A stretch of DNA of 64,000 bases, taken from an uncultured Pseudomonadota bacterium (GTDB lineage Bacteria; Pseudomonadota; Alphaproteobacteria; UBA9219). This document shows positions 9,595 to 19,410 of the stretch, in pieces. The stretch is taken from contig CAIXHP010000026.1 of NCBI GenBank assembly GCA_903919315.1, forward strand, positions 10,428-74,427, in the 5' to 3' direction. Position 1 is the stretch's first letter, and every line of letters starts with the position of its first letter. Position numbers and translations under genes: made by a program. The notes beneath the pieces are model-generated. The model ran no database searches. It worked only from the letters and a program-made list of their open reading frames with translations, and was not told where the DNA came from.

Positions 9595-9717
9595 GGTCAG
9601 GCGGCTCCTCTGTTCGACTCTTAATGCGCGACCTGTTCACAGTGGGTTGTTGTGATAGCCACGAGCTGCAGTTTGCTGGTCGCCAATAGTCCTTGTGCTA
9701 GAGATCGATCCTTCGCG

Positions 9718-10167
9718 TTACGCGATCACCACCAGCGTCTCGCCGAATTCGACCGGCTTGGCGTCGGCGGCGGGGATTTCGGCGATGGTTCCGGCTTTGG
9801 GAGCCTTGATGGGGTTCATCACCTTCATGGCTTCGATGATCAGCAGCGTATCGCCCGCCTTAACCTTGTCTCCTACCTTAATGAAAGGCGGCGCGTTGGG
9901 GGCCGGGCCGAGATACACCGTCCCTACCATCGGCGAGGTGACGGCTGTGCCGCTCGGCGCCTCGGGTTTGGCTTCAGCCGCTGCGGCAGCAACAGGCGCG
10001 GCCGCCGCAGCGGCGGGAGCCGCCATCTGGACAACGGAAACCTGCGCGGCCACGCGAATGCGCTTGTCGCCTTCGGCATATTCGATTTCGCTCAGTCCTG
10101 TATCTTTCAGCAATTCAGCCAATTTGCGGACAAATTTCGTATCAAGGTCAAATGTACTCATGATCAT
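9718..10167 (-). CDS. accB: Biotin carboxyl carrier protein of acetyl-CoA carboxylase
   Basis: C-terminal biotinyl domain EAMKVMN. Ala/Pro-rich linker. Confidence 0.9.
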   Translation of the reverse strand: MIMSTFDLDTKFVRKLAELLKDTGLSEIEYAEGDKRIRVAAQVSVVQMAAPAAAAAAPVAAAAAEAKPEAPSGTAVTSPMVGTVYLGPAPNAPPFIKVGDKVKAGDTLLIIEAMKVMNPIKAPKAGTIAEIPAADAKPVEFGETLVVIA

Positions 10168-10631
10168 TTCCTAGTGGATGAAGAAATCAGTTTCGCCATG
10201 CGGCGCAGCGCAAAAGCGTAGCCGTCAATGCCCATGCCGCTGATGGAGCCGACGGCGACGGTCGCGACGTAAGAATGATGACGGAATTCCTCGCGCGCAT
10301 GAACGTTGGTCACATGCACTTCGATTACCGGCACGGCGGCGATCTTGATGGCATCGAGCAACGCGATCGAGGTATGCGAATAGGCTCCGGCGTTGATGAC
10401 GATGCCTTGAAACGCCGTCCGGCTTTCCTGAATCCATGTGACCAGTTCGCCTTCGTGATTGCTTTGGCGGCAGGTGACACTTAGCCCCAGTTCGGAGGCC
10501 GTCTTGCGGCACAGTTCCTCGACATCGCCAAGCGTGGCGGAGCCGTAAAGATCCGGCTCGCGCACGCCCAGCATGTTCAGATTGGGGCCGTTCAGCACCA
10601 AGATCTGCGATGATGTATTCACGGCCTGCAA
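10164..10631 (-). CDS. aroQ: 3-dehydroquinate dehydratase, type II
   Basis: ILVLNGPNLNMLGVREP..YG..TL; 155 aa. ATGA overlap with accB. Confidence 0.9.
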   Translation of the reverse strand: MQAVNTSSQILVLNGPNLNMLGVREPDLYGSATLGDVEELCRKTASELGLSVTCRQSNHEGELVTWIQESRTAFQGIVINAGAYSHTSIALLDAIKIAAVPVIEVHVTNVHAREEFRHHSYVATVAVGSISGMGIDGYAFALRRMAKLISSSTRK

Positions 10632-10645
10632 CCTGCTGTGTGACG

Positions 10646-11404
10646 TTACTTTTTGGCGTTCTGGCGCGCCGTATCCACGGCTTGCTTCATCTGATCGTAC
10701 TGCATAGCGCCGGGATAGACCTGCTCGCCGATCACAAAGGTCGGCGTGCCGCGCGCGCCGATTTGGCTGCCAAGCTCCAGATTGGCCTTGACGATCTTTT
10801 CGATGGACTCGTCGTCCATGTCCTTCTTCAGCTTCTCAAGGTCAAGGCCGGTATCCTTGGCCACCTTGAGAACGATGTCCTCGGTCAAATGCGCTTTGGT
10901 CGCCATCAGGGCGTTATGGAACGCCTCATACTTGTTCTGACGAACGCTGGCCAAAGCCGCCCTGCTGGCTTGAACCGAGCCTTCACCCAAGATGGGGAAT
11001 TCCTTGTAGATCAGCTTAACATTCTTGTCGGTTTCCATCAATTTAACGATGGCTTCATGCGCCATTTTGCAATAACCGCACTGATAGTCGAAAAATTCCA
11101 CCATCGTGACGTCGCCCTTAACGTTGCCGACGACCGGAGCGTTCGCGTCATTGAAAATCTTGTCGCGGCTGGTGGACAAGGCCTTTTGCCCTTGACTGGC
11201 AATGTCCTTCTCCTCACGGCTTTGGGCTTCATGAGCCGCCTTGATGACCAGATCGGGTTCTTCCTTGGTCAGCAGACTGCGGACGAGTTCCTTAACTTCC
11301 GCCTGTTGGGCCTCGGTCAACGCGGCGGGAGCATCGGCGGCGAACGCGAACGCAGGCATCAGGATGATGGCGGTGGCGCTAAGGTACTTGGCGATGGCGT
11401 GCAT
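10646..11404 (-). CDS. DsbA-family periplasmic thiol:disulfide oxidoreductase
   Basis: Signal peptide, CGYC thioredoxin active site, 252 aa. Confidence 0.8.
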   Translation of the reverse strand: MHAIAKYLSATAIILMPAFAFAADAPAALTEAQQAEVKELVRSLLTKEEPDLVIKAAHEAQSREEKDIASQGQKALSTSRDKIFNDANAPVVGNVKGDVTMVEFFDYQCGYCKMAHEAIVKLMETDKNVKLIYKEFPILGEGSVQASRAALASVRQNKYEAFHNALMATKAHLTEDIVLKVAKDTGLDLEKLKKDMDDESIEKIVKANLELGSQIGARGTPTFVIGEQVYPGAMQYDQMKQAVDTARQNAKK

Positions 11405-11462
11405 TCATAAACTCCCACAGCAGATGGTTGAAGGGCCAGAGAACCAAGTTTTGACCCGCAAG

Positions 11463-12899
11463 TCAACGATGGCCCTCGGTATCGATACTCAACTTAATAT
11501 CTTGGGCGCGAAGCCAATAAGGTGTTGATTTCGGCAGAACTTTTAGCGCTCTATCCGCGAATTGCTGCGCTTCCTTATCCGCTCCCCGCGCTACGGCTTC
11601 TTCGGCCAGAGCGTAGGAGACTAAACCCTCATACTGTTGATCTTTTGTTAATTCCGCCTTTTTCCCCCATGCGGAGGCCAAAAACCGCCACGTTTCGGGT
11701 TCCCGCTCCTCTAACCGATTCGCCTCGGTCAGTTGGCGGATGGCGAGGTCAAGATTGTCGGCGTTCTTGCTCTCCAGTAAGGCATGGCCATAGGCGACGC
11801 GGAGGAGGGCCGAATCGGGCAGGAGATCGACCGCTTTTTTGTAGAGCGCTACAGCTTCGTCGACCCGGCTGTTCTCGAACAGCATCTGCGCCTTTAACTC
11901 GTAAAAAAACGGATTGTCCGGCTCTTCACGCAACAGTCCATCCGTCAAGGCCAAGGCGCGGGGCAGCTGGTTGGTTTGGTAAAAAGCGATGGCGCGGGCG
12001 TAACGAGCGGAAATGCGGGGATCTTTGTCGGTCGTGCGCAAGAGCGCGGTCTGCGGTTGGAGGAAGCCCATAAGCTTAGCCTTCATGCGCTCATGCATAA
12101 CCTGAAATTTCGGGTCTTCATGAGAGTCCGCATACGGCGAGGTTTCCAAATGGTGCGCGACAGCGTCAATACGGTCTTGCGTCAAAGGATGGGTGCGCAC
12201 GTATTCAACCTGCCGGTCGCTGGGGAGCAATTCTTGTCCCGCGAGCTTTTTCATAAACGCCAGCATGCCGTTTGACGAAACACCCGCGCGATCCAGAAAC
12301 GACAGTCCGGCCGCATCCGCCGAGGATTCCTGGGCGCGACTGAAACTTAGCAAACCGCGCTCGGCAACATTTTGCGCTCCGCTGATCGCCGCCGCGGTCG
12401 CCTGTCCATTGCCGCTGGCGACACCCGCCGCGACACCCAGCACCATGCCAAGGATGGCTTGGGCGGAGGCGTTGCGCATGGCCTCGCTGCCGCGCACCAG
12501 ATGGCCGCCCGCGATATGGCCGGTTTCATGGGCGATGATTCCGGCTAACTGTTCCGGACTCTCGGTCATTTGCAAAAGACCGGTGAAGAAAAACTCGTTC
12601 ATGCCGCCCGCGACGAAGGCGTTGACGGCGTTGCTCTTGATCAGGGCGATGCTCACGGCGTTGGGGTCAATGTCGGCGGCGCGAAAGATGGGCGTGGCCA
12701 GCGTCCGCAGGTAATGCTCGATCTCGGCATCGCGGATAAACTCAAAGTGAGGGGCGCGTTGCGCCTGTGCGGGAAGGGCAAAGCCAGCGCACAACGTCAG
12801 GATCAGGGCAAGCCGCCATGCCCCTCTGCGCCAAGCGTTCGGGCGCGATTTCTGGGCAAACGCGCGTCGGAACGCGGCAAACATACGATGAGACCCCAT
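11463..12899 (-). CDS. M48-family Zn metallopeptidase with C-terminal TPR repeats (BepA/YfgC-like)
   Basis: HETGH motif. Signal peptide after an alternative start at MFAAF. TPR-like C-terminal half. Confidence 0.8.
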   Translation of the reverse strand: MGSHRMFAAFRRAFAQKSRPNAWRRGAWRLALILTLCAGFALPAQAQRAPHFEFIRDAEIEHYLRTLATPIFRAADIDPNAVSIALIKSNAVNAFVAGGMNEFFFTGLLQMTESPEQLAGIIAHETGHIAGGHLVRGSEAMRNASAQAILGMVLGVAAGVASGNGQATAAAISGAQNVAERGLLSFSRAQESSADAAGLSFLDRAGVSSNGMLAFMKKLAGQELLPSDRQVEYVRTHPLTQDRIDAVAHHLETSPYADSHEDPKFQVMHERMKAKLMGFLQPQTALLRTTDKDPRISARYARAIAFYQTNQLPRALALTDGLLREEPDNPFFYELKAQMLFENSRVDEAVALYKKAVDLLPDSALLRVAYGHALLESKNADNLDLAIRQLTEANRLEEREPETWRFLASAWGKKAELTKDQQYEGLVSYALAEEAVARGADKEAQQFADRALKVLPKSTPYWLRAQDIKLSIDTEGHR

Positions 12900-12956
12900 A
12901 GAGGAAGCACAACGGAATCTTGTGGCCGAATGATGGCGGCCAGAGTGTCGTTCGAC

Positions 12957-15506
12957 TTATTGCCCCGTCAACCGCCGCCACCAACCACCCTTGGGATTGT
13001 CCACGGGAGGATTGACGACCTCGTGTGACGACGAAGGCTGAAGCGGACGCGGCGTTGTGTCGATTTCATGGATGCTCGTCGGAATTACGACCGACTCGTT
13101 CATGCCATCGGAAGCGCCGTTCTGGCGCGGCGCATGGGTGCGCGGACGGTTCCAGCGGTTGCCGTTATCGTTTGAGCGCTCCGGGACATCACCTTCCGCG
13201 CGTTGTTCGCTTCCACCGTTGCGACGACGACCACCCCGACGGCCGCGACGACGGCGGCGCTGTTGGTTGTCCTGATCGTTGGGCGAGGTGCCTTCAGGCG
13301 CGGCCGTAAAACCGGCTTCGCCTTCAGCCCCCGTTTCAACGGAAGGAATCGGCGCGTCTATCGGTTGAGCTTCGGTCTGAGCCGCTACGCTTGGCTGACG
13401 GTTTGACGGGCCACGTTCGCGGCGACCATGGCCATTCGCTCCGCCTTGGCGGAAACGACGGCGACCATTTCCGCCTTCACGCGGCGACTCGGTCGTGCTG
13501 GCGCGTTCTTCGCCGGAGGAGGTCTGTTCGTCTTCGGAGTCGCTGCGTACAGGCATAGGCGGCAACGAGCGTCCGGCATCAGCAAAAACCTGTTCGGTGT
13601 TGACGGCAGGGCCTAGGCCACGACCATCCTTGCGCGGACGCGAACGTTCAAGACGGTAATCCGGCGGCACCAGCGTATCGTCGCTGTGCAGCAGGACGTG
13701 GAGATCATAGCGCTGCTCGATCTTGGTGAGCATCTCGCGCTTCTGATTGAGGATATACAGCGCGATCTTGGTCGGCACATGAAGAACAAGTTCAGTCGCG
13801 CGTTGGCGGATGCCTTCTTCTTCGATGGCGCGAAGAATGGAGAGCGCTGCCGAATCCGTCGAGCGGACCAAGCCAACGCCGCCACAATGCAGGCACTTCT
13901 CGAAGTTGATTTCCATCAAGCTCGGACGCATGCGTTGACGCGACAATTCCAAAAGACCGAAGGGCGAAATGCGGCCGATCTGCAAACGGGCGCGGTCGTT
14001 CTTCATGGCTTCTTTGACGCGGCGTTCGACGGCGGCGTTGTTCCGCCCATCTTCCATGTCGATGAAGTCGATGACGACCAATCCGGCCAGATCACGCAAA
14101 CGCAATTGGCGCGCGATTTCGTCGGCGGCTTCGAGATTGGTTTTGACGGCGGTTTCTTCGATGTTCCGTTCGCGCGTGGCGCGGCCTGAGTTCACGTCGA
14201 TGGAGACGAGCGCCTCGGTCGGGTTGATCACGATATAGCCGCCGGAGCGCAACTGAACCGTCGTGCTGTGCAAGCTGTCGATCTGATTTTCGACCTGATA
14301 GCGGAAGAAGAGGGGGATCGGGTCTTCGTACAACCGGATCTTTTCGACCTGATCCGGCATGATGGTCTGCATGAATTCGCGGGCGCGGGTGTAGCCGTCG
14401 ACTCCGGCGACGAGAATTTCGCTGATATCCTGCGTGAACAGATCGCGCACCGAGCGTTTAATCAGATTGGCTTCTTCATAGATCAACGCGGGCGCAGACG
14501 ACTGCAAAGTCTGTTCGCGAATGTTGTCCCACAGACGCAAAAGATATTCGAGATCGCGCTGAATTTCCGGCGGATCCTGCTCCATTCCCGCCGTGCGGAG
14601 AATGACGGCCATGCCTTCCGGAATCTCGAGCTGGTCGAGAATTTCCTTCATCCGGCGGCGATCCTGATGATTGGTGATCTTGCGCGAGACTCCGCCGCCG
14701 TGATCGGTGTTCGGCATCAAAACGCAATAACGACCGGCCAGCGACAGGAAGGTCGTCAAAGCCGCGCCCTTATTGCCGCGCTCTTCCTTGACCACCTGAA
14801 TCAGCATCACCTGACCGCGCTTCAGGACTTCCTGAATTTTGTAGCGGGGACGGTGGGGACGCACAAAACGCTCGCTCACCTCGCCGCCGACGCTTTCGAC
14901 GGGGGTAGGCTCGGGAACAGGCGCATCAGACAAGCCGACCGGATTGACGGCGGCGTTACCGAAATCGGTGATCAGACCGACATCGGATTCGGCATCGCTT
15001 GACGCTGCAAATCCATCGGTGGGAGTCAGGGGCGGCGACAGATCGCCTTCGGCATGCTCTGCCGGAGGGGTTGCGGGAACCATGTCGCGGGGCGGCTGGG
15101 CCTCGTCATCGCCAACTTCAAGAGGTTGCCCGTGATCGTAATCGCCCGGCTCGTTGAGTGACGGAACCTCGACCTCGGCTTCGGCGGGGGCGGTTTCGAA
15201 CGCTTCTTCGTCGCCCGACTGTTCGTCTTCATGCGAACGATCCGCCATCGGAATGCGGAAATAGTCCGGATGAATTTCGCTGAAAGGTAGGAACCCGTGC
15301 CGGTTGCCGCCGTATTCGACAAAAGCCGCCTGCAGCGACGGCTCGATGCGCATCACCTTGGCAAGGCAGATATTTCCCCGGAGGATCGGCTTGCTCGCCA
15401 GATCGAAATCCAGATCGTCCAACCGGTTGACATCCCGGTAGCTATCGACAATCGCGACTCGTGTTTCTTCGGGATGCGTCGCATCCACCAGCATTCTCTT
15501 CGTCAT
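12957..15506 (-). CDS. rne: Ribonuclease E
   Basis: N-terminal MTKRMLVDATHPEETRVAIV. The S1 domain carries a long acidic insertion (seen in alphaproteobacterial RNase E). DNase I-like and Zn-link (CLHCGG) regions. Arg-rich C-terminal scaffold. Confidence 0.9.
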   Translation of the reverse strand: MTKRMLVDATHPEETRVAIVDSYRDVNRLDDLDFDLASKPILRGNICLAKVMRIEPSLQAAFVEYGGNRHGFLPFSEIHPDYFRIPMADRSHEDEQSGDEEAFETAPAEAEVEVPSLNEPGDYDHGQPLEVGDDEAQPPRDMVPATPPAEHAEGDLSPPLTPTDGFAASSDAESDVGLITDFGNAAVNPVGLSDAPVPEPTPVESVGGEVSERFVRPHRPRYKIQEVLKRGQVMLIQVVKEERGNKGAALTTFLSLAGRYCVLMPNTDHGGGVSRKITNHQDRRRMKEILDQLEIPEGMAVILRTAGMEQDPPEIQRDLEYLLRLWDNIREQTLQSSAPALIYEEANLIKRSVRDLFTQDISEILVAGVDGYTRAREFMQTIMPDQVEKIRLYEDPIPLFFRYQVENQIDSLHSTTVQLRSGGYIVINPTEALVSIDVNSGRATRERNIEETAVKTNLEAADEIARQLRLRDLAGLVVIDFIDMEDGRNNAAVERRVKEAMKNDRARLQIGRISPFGLLELSRQRMRPSLMEINFEKCLHCGGVGLVRSTDSAALSILRAIEEEGIRQRATELVLHVPTKIALYILNQKREMLTKIEQRYDLHVLLHSDDTLVPPDYRLERSRPRKDGRGLGPAVNTEQVFADAGRSLPPMPVRSDSEDEQTSSGEERASTTESPREGGNGRRRFRQGGANGHGRRERGPSNRQPSVAAQTEAQPIDAPIPSVETGAEGEAGFTAAPEGTSPNDQDNQQRRRRRGRRGGRRRNGGSEQRAEGDVPERSNDNGNRWNRPRTHAPRQNGASDGMNESVVIPTSIHEIDTTPRPLQPSSSHEVVNPPVDNPKGGWWRRLTGQ

Positions 15507-16009
15507 TTTTATCCTTCCCGCCGTGTCGTCGCGATGGGCCTGAATGGGGAACCCTGCGCGCCAGAACCGGCAAATTCGTTGACAATCAACCTATTACGTC
15601 CGGCCGTAACCCTGAGGGGGTCGCGCCAGTCTTCGCGCTGCCTGTCGAGCTGTTCCGGGTGATGATCACCCCATAGCCTGCACGGTGCGCGTCTGTGTTC
15701 GGTATGGCGAAAGCCCTTTAACCTTTCGGCTGAGGCCCCGCCGTAGCCGGGCGCTCAGAGACTTTACGTCTTCGAACACGAGCGGATCATAACCGTAAAC
15801 AGTCCTCTAAGACAACCCGATATTCACGAGCCCCACAAAATAGGTAAGAAGACCACCGCCTTTGAAACAAACTCTTGCCTATTATCAGATGGTTAGCGGC
15901 CAGAGCCCTATGCCCGCCCCACATGTTGAGCCATGACGGAATCATCCGCTCCACCCGCAGAGGCGGGAATCCGATTGCCCTTCAGACGGTTAACGCGAGT
16001 CTGCCGCTC
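15507..16009 (-). promoter_or_regulatory. rne promoter and long 5' leader (about 500 nt untranslated)
   Basis: Large non-coding gap between the rne start and the upstream convergent ADH stop. Long structured rne leaders are established in other bacteria. Not analysed further. Confidence 0.4.
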
Positions 16010-17011
16010 CTAGTTCTTTAACACCATGCGATACCGGGCCTTGTTGGCGCGTACCTTGTCGAGGGCGGCGTTGACATCAGGCATAGGCACGGCCTCTGTC
16101 CGGGCGCGAATACCCTTTCGGGCGGCAAAGGCCAACATGTCGCGAATCTCTCCCGGCGAACCGATGTTGCTGCCGCACAGGGTCAACCGCCCCGAAATCA
16201 ACGCGCTGGCCGGGATGTTCAGCGGATTGCTCGATGCCCCCAAAATGCAAATCTTCCCGTCGGGGCGGAGGAGGGGGAGAAGACTGGGGAAAGACACATC
16301 GCCGCTCACCGTGCTGAGGATCATATCCAGCGATTGCGCCGCTGCCTTCATGGCCGGAACATCGTTGGTCATAATGAAGCGGTCGGCCCCAAAAGACGTG
16401 GCCTCGGCCTTTTTGCTTTCCGACCGCGAGAGCGCTGTGACGTGGCAGCCAAAGGCGCGGGCGAACTGCAAGGCCAAATGCCCCAGCCCGCCGATTCCAA
16501 CCACCCCCACGCGATGCCGCGCCGTGATGCCATGCGTCAGAAAGGGCGAATAGACGGTGATGCCGCCGCACAATAGCGGCGCGGTGGCTTCGGAATCCAG
16601 TTCTTCGGGGATCGGAATGGCGAAGCGATGATCAACGCGGATCGACGCGGCGTAACCGCCGTGATGCCCGACACAGGTCGCCGCCTGATGGGCGCAAAGA
16701 TTTTCGTTGCCGTTGCGGCAATAGCGACAAGCCCCGCAACTGTCGCGTTGCCAACCGATGCCGACGCGCTGACCGACCTCAAGCCCGCGCGTGGCGCTGC
16801 CTTTGGCGGTCACGATGCCGACGATCTCATGCCCCGGAATAAACGGATACGCGCTCATGCCCCAATCGTCGTCGATGAGGTGGATATCGCTATGGCAGAT
16901 GCCGCAATGCGTGATGCGAACCTCAACCTCGCGCTCTGTCATCGCGCCCGGATCATAGGAAAACGGCTTGAGTTGTTCGCGGGGGTTGAGACACACAAAA
17001 CCACGGATCAT
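16010..17011 (-). CDS. Zn-dependent NAD(P)-dependent alcohol dehydrogenase (cinnamyl-alcohol dehydrogenase/YahK-like)
   Basis: GICHSDIH, GHEIVGIV, structural Zn Cys cluster CGACRYCRNGNENLC, GIGGLGH Rossmann motif. Confidence 0.85.
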   Translation of the reverse strand: MIRGFVCLNPREQLKPFSYDPGAMTEREVEVRITHCGICHSDIHLIDDDWGMSAYPFIPGHEIVGIVTAKGSATRGLEVGQRVGIGWQRDSCGACRYCRNGNENLCAHQAATCVGHHGGYAASIRVDHRFAIPIPEELDSEATAPLLCGGITVYSPFLTHGITARHRVGVVGIGGLGHLALQFARAFGCHVTALSRSESKKAEATSFGADRFIMTNDVPAMKAAAQSLDMILSTVSGDVSFPSLLPLLRPDGKICILGASSNPLNIPASALISGRLTLCGSNIGSPGEIRDMLAFAARKGIRARTEAVPMPDVNAALDKVRANKARYRMVLKN

Positions 17012-17095
17012 GACGCAATCCTTCCGATCAAGGCGCAAAAACGCGCGGTTGTCATGCTACCACGAAGTCTGTCTGGGCGAAAGAACGCCGCCGTA

Positions 17096-18130
17096 TCACA
17101 AAAACATCTGCTTTACGTTTATACTGGAACGCTGGCCAAGCGCGTCCCAGTTGGCGGTCAGCCATGCCTCGGCCGTACGGCGGCCGAGGTCTTTCAGATG
17201 CAGCAGAAAGTCCATATCCGTATTGATCTTACTTGCGGAACCAAGCGCGCGCATCTCATCCTCAGCCGCAATAACGTGAATGAACATATGTTTCAGCCGC
17301 GCTGCCTCTTCGTTTTTCAGTTGATCCTCTTCGATGAGCTTCTGGACAAACGCGATCGCGCGCATCTCGCTCATCAGGGAAGAGTTAAAGCTGATTTCAT
17401 TGATGCGGTTGATAATCTCCATTGGCGAGTCGGGCGTGCCCGAACGCACCATAGGGTTAATCTGCACAAGCACCACGTCAGGTGTCGTGCAATGGTAGAT
17501 CAGCGGGAATACGGCGGGATTGCCGACATACCCGCCGTCCCAGTAGGGCACGCCATCGACCGGCACGGCTTGAAAGGCGAGGGGCAGACACGCCGAGGCC
17601 ATCAACACGTCAAGGCTCACTTCCTCACGCCTAAAAACGCGGATTCGCCCGGTCTCAACGTTCGTTGCCGAGACGAATAGCTTTATCGCGGGAAAGGCGC
17701 GAATAGCCTCAATATCGAGGATATCTTCCAACAGGTCGCGCAACGGATTGAGGTTGAACAGATTGGTTTGATAGGGCGACATCATCCGCTGCATCATGTC
17801 CGTCATCATCGTGGCGGGTGAGTTGTCGGTGTTCCAATTGCCGAGCATCTGGTCAACGACGCTTCGGTGCGGCAACCCAAAACTTCCCAGTGCGCTGACA
17901 CCGGTCCAGAACCGCTCCAGCATCTCCCGCGCCCCGTCCGCACCGCCTGTGGCATAGCCGTTCAACAGGACGGCGGCATTCATGGCTCCGGCGCTGGTGC
18001 CGCTGATACCCTCGATCCGCAATCGGTTGTCCTCTTCCAAGAGCCGATCAAGAACGCCCCAAGTGAATGCTCCGTGGCTCCCCCCGCCCTGAAGCGCGAG
18101 ATTGACGCCTTTGACCGTCGTCCCTGACAT
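17096..18130 (-). CDS. Patatin-like phospholipase family protein
   Basis: GGGSHGAF oxyanion motif, GTSAGA serine hydrolase motif, DGG catalytic Asp. Confidence 0.85.
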   Translation of the reverse strand: MSGTTVKGVNLALQGGGSHGAFTWGVLDRLLEEDNRLRIEGISGTSAGAMNAAVLLNGYATGGADGAREMLERFWTGVSALGSFGLPHRSVVDQMLGNWNTDNSPATMMTDMMQRMMSPYQTNLFNLNPLRDLLEDILDIEAIRAFPAIKLFVSATNVETGRIRVFRREEVSLDVLMASACLPLAFQAVPVDGVPYWDGGYVGNPAVFPLIYHCTTPDVVLVQINPMVRSGTPDSPMEIINRINEISFNSSLMSEMRAIAFVQKLIEEDQLKNEEAARLKHMFIHVIAAEDEMRALGSASKINTDMDFLLHLKDLGRRTAEAWLTANWDALGQRSSINVKQMFL

Positions 18131-18382
18131 GTGAACTCCCTGAAAACAACGCGATCGTCACACAAACCGACAATTACATTAACGAAGTCTTTATTTTTCG
18201 CGGCACTTTGACCGACAGAAGATATTTTTTCGCAACATTCAAACACGAGGCTACACCATTGATATTCAGGTGGAAATTTCTTGACGTTTTCACTCCGGTT
18301 GTGGATAATAGTGCAATCGCCGCGAGCTCGGTTTTATGGCGCGTCGCTTCTTGAAATCCATTAGAAAAAGAAGTGGTACAAC

Positions 18383-18772
18383 ATGACAACAACCTCTCTT
18401 CATCGCATGGCCAAGGCGTTCGCCTGCGGAGCTTTGCTACTCTCCCTCTGTATCCTCCCCACCGGCGCTGCTTTTGCAGAAAGGCTCTTTCCGCCGCTTG
18501 ACGCAACCGGGACGGTTGACTGCGCCGTTAACGCAGGCGACAAAGTCCTTTTGTGGGACACATCGAACGGCGGAAGAGTGCGCTGCGACGAGAAAGCAAA
18601 CGTATTCTCGACTTTGTGGGAATGTTCGCCCGGACAATACATTACCAAAATTGTCAACGGTGAGCCGCAATGCAAAAACATCGTACGTGCAGCCATTGCA
18701 TGCCCTGCGAATGAATATCTCACCGGCATTAACACCGATGGATCTGCGGTTTGCAAACCCATGAACCCATAG
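18383..18772 (+). CDS. Secreted cysteine-rich protein, paralog A (129 aa, 6 Cys in the mature part)
   Basis: Signal peptide ...TGAAFA followed by ERLFPP. Two copies of a C-P-x-x-Q/E-Y-x-T-x-I...C module. First of three tandem paralogs. Confidence 0.6.
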   Translation: MTTTSLHRMAKAFACGALLLSLCILPTGAAFAERLFPPLDATGTVDCAVNAGDKVLLWDTSNGGRVRCDEKANVFSTLWECSPGQYITKIVNGEPQCKNIVRAAIACPANEYLTGINTDGSAVCKPMNP

Positions 18773-18840
18773 CGCTTTCATTGAGGGCCAAACGATCCGG
18801 CTCTCTTGTCCTACACGTTCTTGACACCATGAGGAATTTG

Positions 18841-19410
18841 ATGCGCATCCCACCCAAGTTCACCAAAGTCATAGCACAAGGCCTTCTGGTTTTAGGTCTG
18901 GCGGCGCTTTTTGCGGATCTGGCGCAGGCGGGCGAATTGTTTCCTCCAACCCGCGCCAACGGCACAGGAATATGCAATCTGAACGATCAGGTTCTGGTGT
19001 GGGATTCGACGGGCGGAAAAAATAAGTGCGTGTCCAAATCGTCCTTTATCACAGCACAAGCGCGATGCCCGGTTGGACAGTTTGTGACGAAAGTCGAGAA
19101 CAGCGTTCTCACCTGTTCGGCGCCCAAGTTTCCGCGCGTAACCTGTCAGGATAAAGAATTTCTGACAGGTATCAATGCTGACGGAACACCTATCTGCTCA
19201 CTCCCGCCCGCGACCCTATGCCCCGCAGCGTCCGGTCGATGCGTGGGGGGGGGGCAATTTGACATGATTGCGCAAAACAACGTCGTCTGCTGGCACACAA
19301 ACCCAAGAACGGGGGACTGCACATGTCCATCCGACTGCACGACGCTTGAGGGCGCGCACTGGAAACCCAGCAATCATACCTCAGCCGCCGTCTTTTTCTG
19401 CATCCCGTGA
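18841..19410 (+). CDS. Secreted cysteine-rich protein, paralog B (about 190 aa; conserved core plus a Cys-rich C-terminal extension)
   Basis: ATG at 18841 is preceded by GAGGAA. Signal peptide ...DLAQA followed by GELFPP. Same six-Cys core as paralog A. Confidence 0.6.
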   Translation: MRIPPKFTKVIAQGLLVLGLAALFADLAQAGELFPPTRANGTGICNLNDQVLVWDSTGGKNKCVSKSSFITAQARCPVGQFVTKVENSVLTCSAPKFPRVTCQDKEFLTGINADGTPICSLPPATLCPAASGRCVGGGQFDMIAQNNVVCWHTNPRTGDCTCPSDCTTLEGAHWKPSNHTSAAVFFCIP

